A DNA stretch of 45,140 nucleotides, the filler included, from Jimgerdemannia flammicorona (Eukaryota): the NCBI GenBank assembly GCA_003990765.1. It is 2 parts of 2 records of this genome, joined end to end, with 100 filler letters (N's around TTAATTAATTAA, not from the genome) between each part and the next. Parts side by side here need not be neighbours in the genome. Positions count along the whole stretch, not along the records: positions 22,624 to 45,140 come from RBNJ01001257.1; 1 more part is not named here. One strand, 5' to 3'. The notes under the pieces are model-generated. The model had not been told where the DNA came from. It was given only the letters and a program-made list of their open reading frames with translations, and ran no database searches. This document shows, piece by piece, positions 22,524 through 39,552 of this stretch (position 1 is its first letter; every line of letters starts with the position of its first letter). The position numbers were made by a program, and so were the translations under genes.

Positions 22524-22623
22524 NNNNNNNNNNNNNNNNNNNNNNNNNNNNNNNNNNNNNNNNNNNNTTAATTAATTAANNNNNNNNNNNNNNNNNNNNN
22601 NNNNNNNNNNNNNNNNNNNNNNN
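22524..22623. other. Artificial 100-nt contig spacer (Ns with a TTAATTAATTAA six-frame stop linker)
   Basis: N44 + TTAATTAATTAA (22568-22579) + N44. Confidence 0.97.
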
Positions 22624-25052
22624 TTATAGTCACTTGGACTTCCACTTTATTACCAATTACTAATCTATAGATATAGTTACAGTACCTCCTCCCACTACCC
22701 AATCCCCCTAGAGGGGCTCTCCTCTAACTCATCATACTTGAAAGCCATTCTATCCTCTACTACTCTAACTCTCCTCTTACTCTGCTCATAGATTTTCTCT
22801 ATCAAACTATACTGCTAATCACTCTATAGTCTCTAACCAAGTTACCAGTCTATCAAGATGTCCTCCATTAACTCTTTCTATCTCAGCAATTGCACCCTCA
22901 GTCCTAGACTCCTTCCATTCTCAAAAACAAATAACCAGTGATCTGCCAACCTCATCTATATAGTCAAAACCCACTCTAAAGTGAGCCACTCCTTTCTAAC
23001 TCTCTCTATCAATCTATCCTGCAAATTCTCCCATTAGCCTCTCACACCATCTCTCCTATATACTACTCCTAATTGAAACTTAACTACCAATCAGAAATTG
23101 CCCAGCACCTTACACTCTCTTAGCCAATGTTCAGACATCTATATAAAATTCCCTTCTTGCTCTATATTATAATACTCTTCACAGTCAAAACTTCCCCCCT
23201 CTACCAGATAGTCTGAGTGAAAGGAGTATAATATTTCTCTACAACATATACCACCAGACTACCTAGTACTTTAGTGGCAACTACTACCTGATCTCAGCAC
23301 TCTAGGCCCAGACTCTATTCTAGTCTCACTCCTCCCTAATATCTATCTGCTGCTACCCACTAGGCCATAAATTCTGTCCTAACCCTCTCTGATACTTGAC
23401 CCCATTACTAATATTGAAGTTGATTAATAAGATGCTCCTCAATAGTACATAGTCCTATCTCTATATTATGGGGCCCCAAGGCAACTCTCCTTCATTTCCC
23501 CACTATTGAATTCTAATACAATATACCCCATCTATAACTCTCTATCAGAAACTCTTATATTGCATGTGCCCATTGTTCTGAAGCCTGACTAAGGACAGTA
23601 GATTGCCTGTAGAGCCTCTTAGTATAGACTTCATCTTCCAAACCCTTTTCATCAGGAGAACCCAGCCACTGTCTCTCAGCTCTACCACTCTCTTCAGCCA
23701 CCATGCTCACAGACAGTATAGCCTCTTCATAAAATCAACTAGTCCAAGTTCTTCCCTAGCAACTGATAAAGACAAGATTTCCCAGCTAATCTCCTCCCAG
23801 CCCAGATCTACCCCTTAGCTAGTTTTAATAATCTCTTTACCACCCAAGCTGGGAAGTCCAAATGATAGACTAAGTACTATAGCTTTGGTAGCCAGTAGAT
23901 ATTCAAGATAGAAATCTGCTCTACTAGAGATATATGGCAGTCACTCCAACCCTGCAGAGCCTTCTCCCAGATTGTAACTCACTGTTCTCACTAAGCTCTC
24001 AGTAAGACTGATCTATACACTGAGAGATAAATATCTAAGTATTGCACTACCTCTCCAGCTGAGACAATTGTTCCAATAACATCTCCCCCCACTAGACCAT
24101 TACCTAATACTATTGTCTCATACTTGTGTCAATTGAGTTTGGCCCCAGAATATACCTTATACTACTCCACCATTACCTTGAGTTCTTCAACATTAGTGAT
24201 TAATTTCAGACCAACTACCATATCATCAGCAAAGGCTCTAATCTTTTATTCTATATCTAATACTGAGAGCTCCACTATTTTCTGCCTAATCCTATTCCAT
24301 CAATGGCTCCAATGAGAGTATATACAGAATAGAGACAATAGGTTCCCTTAGAGAACCCCCCTACCTAGAGAGAAGACTCCCTCTCAGTGATCATTACACA
24401 TAAGCACAGCTCTACTCCCTTTCAGTAGGCTGATCATCACTACTCAGAATTACTGAGGAACACTAATCCTATCTAGGACCTTCACCATTTAAACCCACCA
24501 GACATGGTCATATGCCTTCTCTTGATCAAGAAAAACCAGATGTCCATTTAGTCCACAGGTATATATCCCCTCAATAATACCATACACCCAAGCTGTGCTA
24601 TCCCTAATGAGCCAGTCTCCTACAAAACCCTACTGCTCCTCCCCCAAGACCTGCTAGACCACCTTCTGCAACCTTACTACTACTAACTTAGTAACCAACT
24701 TTCTGTCTATATCTAGCAGCATGATCAGCCTCCAGTTCCTCCAGTTCTCTCTCCTGTCTTTATTTTTATAGAGCAGTGCCACCAGTTTCAGATCCTGCTC
24801 ACCCACCCAACTATCTGACCATAGTACTAAGTTACACATTGCTATCAGCTCTCCCATTATATTGAGAATTCCCACCATCTTCTTCTAAAAGTCCCAGAGT
24901 AGACCATCCTCTCCTGGTACCATGCCCAATATAGTTGTAGTAAGAACTTAGTAAATTTCTTTCTCTTATACTGGTAATATCAGACTGTCCAGCCCTTTTA
25001 TTAGTAGTAAGTATCAATCCTCCAAAGTCTGATTAATAGTAGCACTATCAGC
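22624..25052 (-). mobile_element. 5'-truncated, degenerate L1/Tx1-like LINE (RT region to 3' end)
   Basis: Minus-strand NWRLIMLLDIDRKLVTK, FLDQEKAYD and AFADDMVVG. Its 3' end TTATAGTCACTTGGACT matches 37524 onward. The poly(A) tail probably falls in the gap. Confidence 0.88.
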
Positions 25053-25597
25053 TCAGTATCTTTTACTGTTACAAGTAGAATAATTGGGACAAGTACCTAG
25101 CCTATACTGAGTTTGTCTACAATAATAGCCAGCAAATCTCTACAAAGAAGACTCCATTCTTTCTGAACCATGGTCAATACTTAAGGACCCCAAGCACTAC
25201 TATAAAATTAGCAGTCTCAGTATCTCAAGATTGGTTGAGATCATTTCTGACCTTATCTGAATGATAAGAGATACTCTCATAGAAGTACAGGACTACTCAA
25301 GTACATGAACTTAAAGCAAAGGAAAGTCTCTTATGATATTGGTGATATAGTTATACTTAGAACAGATTACTTCTACTCAGATACTCTGGTATAACAATTA
25401 GTCAAGAAACTCTATACTAGAAGAATTGGACTATACAAGATTGTGGAAAAAGTCAGTAAAGTCAACTATAAGTTACCACTTTCCTACAATATTTGAGTAC
25501 ACCTAGTATTCCATATTAGTCAACTGGTGGACTACTATGAGAACTTATTCTTTAAGTATATAGTTTTACTACCACTTCTAATTAGGATCAATGATTA

Positions 25598-25745
25598 TAA
25601 GAAATTCGAAATCAAAAAAGTACTTGACCACAAGGTCTACAAATATTCTAAAACAGTCAAGCAGTTTTTCCTCATCAAGTAGAAGAGTTACTCTACCCAT
25701 GACACTATTTGTGAAAAAGAAAAAGCTTAAGAGAATATATGTAAA
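25598..25745 (+). pseudogene. Integrase C-terminal chromodomain remnant
   Basis: KFEIKKVLDHKVYKYSKTVKQFFLIK*KSYSTHDT matches the chromodomain pattern (Y/F)EVEKILDH...YLVKWKGY. Confidence 0.75.
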
Positions 25746-26469
25746 GCCCTCTAGGACTATATGGAAATACTTACTCTCCAGCAAAGAAAGAAACTGTAGC
25801 TCTAAGACTTAGAGTATATAGTAATGAAAAAAGGCATCATATATTTATCTGGAATATATAATACCAAACATTAACAGAAAAAAAGGAATATAATATCTAA
25901 TCAACAAGAAAGATACTTAAGCAAAGAATAATTCAGCATAGTATAGTAAAATATATTTGAATAACTCCATTTTATACCATCTGTTTCATCTCTACTAGAT
26001 GATAATGGATACTTTATATAGAACTTAGGAAAGCTGATAATGTCAAAACCAATCTAAGTCCATTTATATAACAGATATTATTATTAGAAATTGTCTCAGA
26101 TTATAAGAAATACTATTTCTGAGAGATTTGAACTCCTAGCCATAACAATGAGAGCTCTTGCTCTAGATAAGAATGGTCAGTCCTTGCAAATATACCAGCC
26201 AGACAAAAAAAAAGAGAATCAAGATCTATCAACTCTGTATAACCACAACTATAAGTAGTGATATCTTTGAAATTAGGATTTTCTCATGTGATCAGTACAT
26301 GCCTTGCTTATAGTAACAGATCATACATTCTGCTAGAAAGCATGATCATATCAAGGTTATATCAGACTAGTGAATAAGTATAAATATCCAAGATAAGAAT
26401 ATACTACAACTCTTATCTCTCTCTCTCTATAAAGAAAAGACAAGATAAGAATACCTACTACCTGCCACC

Positions 26470-27230
26470 AAACTGTCTACTATAGCTAGCCCCTCTCAAG
26501 CCAGGTTGATCACCTCTTTGGATATATTCAGGTTACTATCCAAGAAAGGAACCACCACTCTGAGGCCCTTAATCTCTCTAGCCAGAACCTAGAACAGTAT
26601 GTTCTTGACTGCTGTAAATTCATCAAAAGGGCCTACCTTGCTACCAGTTGCCTAGAGATCTGACATGAATATGAAATTGGTCACCAACTCTCTAATGTAC
26701 AAAAGATTGGACTAACCTAGACAGACATAAGCAAAGACTAGCTAAGAAGATCTATCAAATTATATACCATATATTTTTTACAATCTCCAATCTCAACTAT
26801 GTATAACTGAAGGATTTCCAGAACCTCTTCTTCCCCAAGGTTGATGAGCTAGAGATCAAGGTAGCCCAAGAAGTCAACTCCTGGATTACCCTCAAGTTTA
26901 CTAATATTGAACTCCACTGGAGCCCCTTTTTGAATAATAATCCAGACCAATGGCTCTAGGACCTCTCTGATCTCTTTAAAGGACTATCTATCCAAATGGA
27001 TATCTCTAGACATAAGAATTAAGAACTCTATTTGAATGGTTCCAACCATATTAGATGAAGAATCTCTACACTAATATCTATTCCAATTAAGAACTATTTG
27101 CAGACCTCATTGACTTCTCTATCCTAGACACTGAGCCATCAGTAACTATCCCCCTTACTACTGAAGGAGAAGACAACATTACTGAGAAAGATTCTCTACC
27201 TTTTTCTCTCCTGGTTCTCAATTTCTGAAT
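26470..27230 (+). pseudogene. Diverged homologue of the LTR-internal ORFX (stops and at least one frameshift near 26730)
   Basis: LATSCLEI*HEYEIGHQL, AKKIYQII...ISNLNYV*LKDFQNL, LEIKVAQEVNSWITL, HWSPFLNNNPDQWL*DLSDLFKGLSI and DLIDFS align in order with ORFX. The ends are approximate. Confidence 0.8.
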
Positions 27231-27263
27231 TAACAAGAATATTTATTTTTAAGGAGGAAAATA

Positions 27264-27733
27264 TATAATAGAACAAACAGACAAGCAAACAGATGAGCAA
27301 ACAGATAAGATACAACAAGTGATTACATGACCCAGTAATGATGTAATATGATTGAGCATGATATATAATATTATGAACAACAGATATAATAGATGATATG
27401 TATGAATGATGTAAAAAATGATATCTAGTTTATCTCCAACAATCAGTACCATAGCAACTATTACCACAGCAGCTGATTATTACCTAGTAATTGAGATTCT
27501 GATCACAAAGTGTTTTTTTGTTACAAACTACCTGATAAAGGTTATAATCACAAACCTTACTATAGTTATCAAATTAGTCACTCATACTTAGTCAGAAATC
27601 ATAGACTAACTTATATAAATACCCCCCAGTTTCCATTCAAAATAAAGCAGTTTTAGTTCAGTTCTTGATATACATAAGAATCAAGTCTCCTCCACACATA
27701 CACATTTTCTTGAGTCTTAGTAATGATATCTAA
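27264..27733 (+). repeat. Putative 3' LTR of family C, interrupted at CTAA by the family A element and probably resuming at 44522
   Basis: Follows the PPT. Contains TATAAATACCCCCC (~27614) and AATAAAGCAGTT (~27641), a module resembling that of the family A LTR. The far end was not determined. Confidence 0.55.
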
Positions 27734-29283
27734 TGTCACATAGTGGTTGCTGAGTCCTTCAAATATACCAGATTCTCTTCAAGGTATATCTCTTAGACTA
27801 ACTCAAGTTTATTATAAGCAAGTTCTTATTGGAGTGTCTTCCTAAGATCTTATAGTCCTCAAACTTCTTATCTTTAAACTGTCTTGTTATCTCTTAGATT
27901 GCTTGTAAGGAATTGTATATATTGTACTAAGAGGAACTGACTTTATTTCAAAGAAAATAAGAGGAGTATTTATACAAAATATAATTTGATGGTTGCTAAG
28001 ATATAAAGCTAAATATAAATTCTAATAACTAAAACTACTAAGTTCCAGAGTTGGCACTGATGGTTGTACAGGTTCAGAATGCTGGTATAATTCAGCATCA
28101 CATCAGAATACTGGAGCTGGAACAATTTCATGTCACCTCAGAATATCAGTGCTAGTATTATCCAGTGTTATGTCAAAATATTAGTGCTGGCATTATTCAG
28201 TGTAACAAAGAACTTAGAGCAGAAAGTTCAGGATCATGGGGGCTTCATCATCATCATCATCACTAAAGGAGATAAGATCTGCGAATTTGTCATTTTGCAG
28301 ATTGTGCATCTCGCATATGTCATATGTTTCATATGCTTTGATATCATATGGGATGACATCATCGCTGATGATATCATTATGTTCAGTGGCAGGGAAATCA
28401 GGGGCTCTCCAATCTATAAGGTTCTCTTCTACAAAATAAGGAACAAATATGGGGTCTTGGAGAGATCTAACCCAGATGCTTGGGTCTTAGAATACTGAGA
28501 TCAATCCTTGCAGGAATTGATCTGGGTTGTCTTGGAGGATGGGGTACCAGAAGTCTTCTACTTCATCACTATTGAGGGTGATAGTAGACTGGGCTTCTGT
28601 AGCCACCCTAGCTTCTAGCACATTGATGTGGCAGAATGATAGGTCTCTGAAATCTGAGACTCTAACATACTCCAAGTTGGGAATTGACCATGGTACATGC
28701 CTGAAGATCTGATGGATCTTCTTAGCTATTCTTGTCTCACGTATATCCATGAGAGTGGCATCTTATAGCTCTTGAGGGCTGGCCTGTGAGAACTCTCAGT
28801 AGAGGAGGTTTTCTATTTTGTACTCCTACCACATTTAGAGACATTCAGTAGCAATAGTGATCCTTGTTTCCATTTCATAGCAGTAGAGGATATAATGATA
28901 GGAATCTGCAGTACCCAGGTCAATACTAGGAGTCCTTCTCAAGTGGGTCCCCATGGCTCTTCTGATGTCTTGGAACATTCTTTCCTCAACTGAGATGTCT
29001 TGGTGATTCCTTAACCTTGAGGTTTGATAGGCAGCAGGCATTTCATTTGTAGTAAGTTTTTGAGCTATTTTGGGATTGGTGGGTCTTATTGGTTGCTGCT
29101 ATTGCAGTTCCTTGATCCTTCTTTTATATTCTTTAGGATGCTTGTACTGTGGTTACAATGACTCACAGTTGGTCATCATTGCTCATCTCATATGCTATAT
29201 GATCTTCTTGTGCTCCGATCTGGTGACTTGTAAGAAAAGGCTGTCTCCTATGCTGATGTCATCATTCTGGGGTCACTATTACA
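27734..29283 (-). repeat. 3' LTR of family A (1550 bp)
   Basis: TGTCACA...ATTACA, a direct repeat of 42968-44521. Confidence 0.95.
28214..29041 (-). pseudogene. ORFX copy in the 3' LTR (276 codons, several stops)
   Basis: ORF-track pieces 28835..29041 and 28487..28750 share one frame. The span equals that of the 5' LTR copy (828 nt). Confidence 0.75.
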
Positions 29284-29293
29284 TCTTCCTCCT
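29284..29293 (-). other. Polypurine tract
   Basis: Minus-strand AGGAGGAAGA immediately before the TGTAAT of the 3' LTR. Confidence 0.85.
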
Positions 29294-29468
29294 GAATAAG
29301 GATCTTTCTGAGCATCCTTATTCATTGGTCCAGTTCTGAAAAATTTACTGATTCCATAACCTCTGGCAAGGGGTTGAAAAGTGATGTTTATGGGCTGGTG
29401 TCTTTTCTTTGTATTTTGGCATGATGGTGAAGAGTCACTCCCTTCCATCTTTCTCTAGTATCATTCAG

Positions 29469-32400
29469 GTTACACAACCTTTGGAGAGTACTTACAATAG
29501 CATTTTTGGAGAAAAGAGACTAACAACATGGCAACCAACAGGCAATCTGAGGTGCATACTGGGCAGAGCAGCCCAAGTGCTTTCAAATGGCAGTAGGTGG
29601 GGAAGAGCCTGGGCCTGGGGAGGAGCATGAGGGGACTGCTGGCAGGAGGACATGGAAGAGGTGGAGGTATTGATGACAGACAAGGGTCTGGAAGAGCAAG
29701 CTTTGTGGAGATGGTGAAGGGGAGGCAGTAGGCATCAGGGCTGGAGAGCTGGCTGAGGAGAGGCAAGGAGACTGAGAAGGTGGCAGTGCATGATGGAGTA
29801 GCCCTTGGAAAGGGGGGAAGTAGAGCTGGGGGAGTAGCGGCTGGGGGGAGTGTAACTGCTGATGGTGATGGGACTGCTAATCTGGAAAAAAATCCATATA
29901 TAATGACTGTTGGCAAGGCTGAGTAGCTGAGGCTTGGAAGACAAGAGAATTTGGCAGATGGCGTGATGGGCCTAGTGGTGGCTCCATTACTCAAAAAATT
30001 AATCTCAGCATTTGCAGTTACACTGTGCTTCCAGGGCTTAGTGATGACAGCAAAAATAGTACTAGGACTTATCACTAAGCAAGTGGCAGGAGCTATGTCA
30101 GTAAAGTTTTTGAAGGGACTAGAGGGTGTAGAGGTGGGTTTTGAGGAGGCTGAGCCGCTGGAGGAGGCATTGAAGGTTGGATTGGTGGTTGGGGAGATGT
30201 GTGTTCTGATGGCAAGGTGTCTGAAATGGGACCCAAGGGTGGTCCAACTGCTGGTAAAAGGAGTGCCCATAGTGATGGTGATGGAGACAAGAAAGAGAAT
30301 TGAGGATGTCATGGCAGAGTATGGAGAGGTAGTGGATATCAGATTCAGGGTCTGGGAAGGGACCTTGCTCAGAACTGGGGACATGGATATGAGAATTCGG
30401 CTAGCTGGGAAAGAAGCTACTGGGAAGACAAGGGACTGGCCTTCAGTAATGGTCTGAGGAGTGATCTTATACAAGGTAACAAGGGTGAAAGGAAGTGAAG
30501 AGGAGGAAGAGGATTTATTGGAAGCACTGGAAGAATTGGATGGGGCCATGGAGTAGTGAGCAAAGGCTTGGAAGGTTTTCGTGGAGTCGATGCACCTGGA
30601 GGTGGTGGATGGAAAGAGGATTCGAGTGGACAAGGTGCAGTAGGAAAGAGCTCAGGGGCATAAAAGATAGAAGAATCTGCTGGCTAAACTGGGGAACAGA
30701 CCACAGGAGGATATGAGTAAGATGATGGGTGGAGAAGGGGCCAAAGTGAGTGTCTGGGCTAGCGAGAGGAGTGGGAATGCCGGGGAGGAGATGGGGATGG
30801 CGAAGGAGGTAAAGATTACTGACCCATATGCTGATGGCACCTTGGAGGTTTGGGAGGAGGTCTGGGAGGATTCTCCCACTCCTTCTCCTCTTATCAGGCG
30901 AGGCCCAGCTTCCAGAAATAAGATGGTGGAGGACATGACAATGCTGGGGATCCATCAGGTGAAATTTGGCATTCCGAAGGTGATGGATGGGAGACATGTG
31001 GTGGCAGCCGGGGAGGAGGAACTGGTAGATGTCCCGGAGGTATGGGATGAGGCTGCAAGTGCTGGGGCTGACACCATAATGCTGGATAGAGGGAGGCCAG
31101 TGACCTCTGGAGGAAAGAAGGTGGGGAACCTACTTTGGATGTGCAGGATGATGAATAACCTGGCAGTAGAAGAGTTGGGGGAGGTGGACTTGTGAGTGAT
31201 GAGTGATGAGCACTGGGCATGGATTTTGCAGGGGGATGGAGTGATGATGGCACTGAAGGTGGAAATTCTCACAGTATATCTGGAGGAGGAAGGGTATGAG
31301 GTGGACAAGGAGCAGGAGATGGAGATGGCAGTTATCACTAGGGAGAGGGCTGAGTACTGTTAGAACAAGCATCATAGATTACAGCTTTGGCAGGAGGCTT
31401 GCATTAAGTACCAGAAGGAGTTTGAGGAGAAGGCAGATGGGGAGATAAATGAGCTATTGGCTGGATTGAAAGCTCAGAGGACTGAAGAGGAGGAGATGAT
31501 GGCAGAACATAATTTAGATATAGTACAGGAGGAGATGAGCATGGAGCAGTAGAGATCGACTGATAACAAATCGTATTTATTATAAACAGTACAACCAACA
31601 TTTTTTCTATGAACGTGAATGGGCTATGGGGCACTGTTAGATATAGGAACATTTTTATTTGGCTAAAGGGATTAGAGGCCAATCTCTTCCTCTTGCAGGA
31701 TGTCAGGTGTGAGGATGACTCTAATAGGATAGAATAGACAAAGGAATGGGGTGGCATGGTGATTTGGAATAGCAAGGTCAGGATTCTGGTTTGGAAAGAC
31801 AGAGGGGAGATAAGAGATGTAAGGAGCTGGGGGGAGAGGCTGGTCTGGGGTAAATGGATTCATGCAGGCTGGGAGCCAGTTACAGTTGGCTCCTGTTACT
31901 GCCCTGCCATAAGGGGGGAGCATGTAGATTGGGTGAAGGGTCTCTAGGAGAGTGGGATCCTGGCAGAGGCTGGCATGGATATGCTTAGGGGAGATTTCAA
32001 TATGGTTCGGGATGTACAGATGAATAGAACTGATAGAGGATGGAGTGCTGAGGGAAGGAGTGGGGGGCTGGCAATGTGGGAGGAAGTTGAAAGACTAGGA
32101 GCACTGGTAGATACTGGTAGAGAGTACTGGGGGGATAGGAGGGTATATATGCATTGGGCTGGAGGCCTAGGGATAAGGATCAACTGGGTTCTGATGGCCA
32201 ACTGTTGGGGCTGAGATGTTTGGAAGTCGCTGGAGGTAGAATGGTGTCCATGGTTGGATCACTGGGGCCTTTTAGGACAGGGGTGCTTTGGGGGAAGTGG
32301 GGATGGGCCTGGACATTGGTGCCTAAATTCCTCATTATTAGATGATGAGTCCCAGTGGGAGGAGTAGGCTAAAGACATTCAGCTGAGAGTGGCGACCTGG

Positions 32401-35318
32401 TAGCAGAAAGGTGCCTCAATTGGGGTTTGGTGGATGAGGATAAAAGAGATGGCCAGGATGTACTAGAGCAAAGCTGACAAGGTGGCAGGGAAGCAGTAAT
32501 AGCAGAGAGTGTACTGGGCCTCTACTAGATTGGCCAGGCTTCTGGAGGATTGGGCAAGACTGGCGATGGTGGAGGGAGAAGAAGATTGGAGAGTAATAAG
32601 AGCAAAGATGGAGGTTGGGAAACTACAACAGGTGCTGCAGGAAGAGGAAGAGGCAAGGGTGCAAAGCTTAGTAGCATGGCTTCGTTGGCAGGGGCTGGAG
32701 GAAGGGGAGAGGCCTTCTAAGTTTCTCACGAGGACCCTTAGGGCGAGAAGGGTACAGCAATGGTGGGAAGGGGTACTTGACTCTGATGGTATACTAGTGC
32801 ATGGTGTACAGAATATTCTTAGATTACTGAAGGAGTGATAGAGGGAATTGTGGAGTGAGGAGGAGGGTGGAGCAGATGCTACTGCCATTGACTATACATT
32901 GGAGGATTGGTATCCACCATATGTTGCAGAACTAGATGACCTGATGATGCCTGTAAAGGAGGATGAGATCCACCAGGTTCTTGCCATGACAGCCTCAGGT
33001 ACTGCTCTTAGGGAGGATGGCCTACCCTGGGACTTCTGGAAGCGAATGGTTGGAGTCCCAGATATGATGGGAGAGTTGATGGCATTGTGTGACTCTATAT
33101 TGCAGACAGGGAGATGGGTGGGGGAGCAGGATCTTGGGCTGGTGATGCTGCTTTATAAGAACAAAGAAAGGTGAGAGGATTGGAAGAACTGGCGGCCGAT
33201 AATGTTGCTTGATATGGACAGAAAGTTGGTGACTAAGGTGGTGGTCATGAGGCTACAAAAGGTAGCCCAGCAAGTTGTAGGGGTTGAGCAGAGGGGATTT
33301 GTAGGTGGTTGGCTCATTAGAGATGGCACAGCCTGGGTACATGGAGTTATTGAAGGGGCTAGAACCTGTGGACTGGATGGGCAACTAGTCTTCTTGGACC
33401 AGGAGAAGGCTTATGACTAGGTGTGATGAGTCTGGCTGGTGAAAGTATTAGATAGAATGGGGGTTCTGATCCAATTCAGTTAGCAATGATCAGCCTACTA
33501 GAAAGGAGTAGGGCTGTGCTCATGTGTAATAGACATAGAGGGGTAGCATTCTCTCTGGGTAGGGGGGTGCCCCAGGGGGACCCACTGTCCCCCATCTTGT
33601 ATGCACTTTCCCTGGAACCCCTAATGGACAGAATTAGGCAGAGGATAGGGGGGCTCTCTATCTATGGCATTGGGTAGAAAGTTGAGGCCTTTGCAGATGA
33701 CATGGTGGTTGGTTTGTGATCAATTGCTGATGTCAAGGAGCTCAAGAAGGCAGTGGAGTGATATGAGGAGAACTCTGGGGTGAAGCTGAATTGGCACAAG
33801 TGTGAAACAATGGTACTAGGCAATGACCTGGTGAGAGGAGAAGTTATAGGAATAATTGTTCCCACCAATAAGGCAGTGCAGTACTTGGGCATCTATTTGT
33901 TAGTCTATGGGTCAGTTCTGCTCAGACTTTGGTGGGAGCAGCAAATTGGAATTTGGGAGGAGGACCTGTGAGGTTGGGGGGGAAGACACTTCTCTCTGGC
34001 AGGATGGGTCTTGATTTTGAATGTATATTGGCTGCTGAAGCTGTGGTATTTGGCTTATCATCTGGACTTCCTGGCCTGAGTAGTGAAGAGATTAGTGAAG
34101 GTGGCCAAGAGATGGATTTGGGCTAGCAGATAGAGCCAGATTAGTTGGGAGACCTTGTCCCTAATGGTGGCAAGAGGTGGTCTTGGGCTGGTAGACTTTC
34201 CCAAATGACTACACTGCTTGAGAGCATAGTGGCTTAAGAGAGCGGTAGAGTTGCAAGGAGGGAGTTGGGTTCCCCTGCTGCAGAAGGTCTGGGAGAGGCA
34301 GTCATCACTGAGAGGCTCAACTGGTGATCTTCTCTCTTTGGTTAGACTTCAAAATACTGCACAATTACATTATAGAGGTTTCTGGTGGGGGATTGTGGAG
34401 GGGGCACACCACATTGGTATTTGCTGGCAGGGGAATGAGGGGGAGGAGGCTTGGGACCCAGCGATGTAGAGATGGGAAGGCATACTGCTGGGTGGTATGC
34501 CTTTACTTGAGTTCGACATTGGTGATGGAATAGAATACCAGAGGGGACCAGGCCAGGATCTGTGGCCTAGCAGTTGGCAAGGAGTTGGAATTGGAGAAGA
34601 GTGGGACTAGTATGGTGTTTGGATCTGGAGTGCTGCAGTATACAATTGGATGCTACCAAAGTACTGAGTGGTCTGGTGGTACATGCTGAGGAGGAATGTA
34701 ATGCTCAACTTCTGCTCAGGGCACCTTATCATAGAGGGTTGCTTTGACTGTGAGGAGTGCCACAATGTAGGGTAGGAAGGGGACTTTATACAGATGCCAG
34801 AACATTGGCTAGGAGAGTGTGAGGTGTTAGGAGACTTTTGGCAGATCATCGGGGACCACTTGGGGGTGAGGTGCAGGAGAGATGAAGCAGGAGGGAGGTG
34901 GGAGGACTTGAGGGATCAATTAGTAGGAGGGGTAGGAAAGGAGTGGATTACTTTAGGTTGGGCATTGGCTATCTAGGTTGGGCTGGCTGGTCACTGGCTA
35001 TTTGTTTTTGAGGATAGGAGGTGACAGAGCTTGGGGAGTTGATTGTCACAGTGGCAGGGACTTATGGAAGATACCTTGACAGGCTGATGGCTTGGCTGGG
35101 GGCTGCAAGGAGGTCAGAGGTGCTGCTTGGTGGAGAAAATCTGTAGACAGAGTGGGGGAGAGTTGGAGTCATTGGTGAGCAGGTGATTTTTATTTGTGAA
35201 GGAGTGGGGAGGGGCTCCTCTATGGGAATCAGATAGTTGGTGGTGATATTGTATACTTATTCATAAACTGAAAAGGGTTGCTCCCTTCATATAGAGCAAG
35301 GGCCTGATTCTGATCTTA
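29469..35318 (+). mobile_element. Near full-length degenerate L1/Tx1-like LINE (ORF1; ORF2 with APE endonuclease, RT and C-terminal Cys/His)
   Basis: ORF1 frame from ATG 29528 with RRM-like LLVKGVP...MAEYGEVVDI. APE motifs MNVNGL, GDFNMV and LDH (~31600-32330). RT motifs WRPIMLLDMDRK, QRGF, LDQEKAYD, GVPQGDPLSP and AFADD. CEEC...EHWLGEC near 34750-34820. The boundaries rest on a weak TSD (ATCATTCAG/ATCAATCAG) and are tentative. Confidence 0.88.
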
Positions 35319-35489
35319 ATCAATCAGTTGATAGTTTGAACTCCTCTGACTTTAAAAGTCTCACAGATGAGTAGTTGCCAGTGCTATATTCCTTAGAGAA
35401 TGGTTCAGACAGATAGCCTACTGGTCACAAGATATGCTGTTACAATTCATGGACTAGAACCTTGCAGGCAGTCATTATATTTTGCTTCT

Positions 35490-39552
<4,063 letters not shown>

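Larger units (their letters stand above)
25053..27733 (+). mobile_element. 3' part of a chromodomain-type Ty3/Gypsy (family C): integrase end, GPY/F, chromodomain, ORFX homologue, PPT and start of the 3' LTR
   Basis: NWDKYLAYTEFVYNN...KTPFFLNHG (~25080-25170) and IGLYKIVEKVSKVNYKL...VHLVFHISQL (~25425-25525). PPT AAGGAGGAAAA at 27251-27261, then TATAATAG (decayed TGTAATAG). That all parts belong to one element is inferred from order and strand. Confidence 0.75.

Noticed and set aside
22524..22623. Palindromic TTAATTAATTAA within Ns, and apparent linkage of the gene island to the right-hand TE block
   Set aside because: It is an artificial six-frame stop spacer. Adjacency across it is unproven.
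29470..30633. 387-aa Ser/Pro-rich minus-strand ORF
   Set aside because: It is the antisense shadow of the purine-rich LINE ORF1, in codon register with it, and has no motif of its own.
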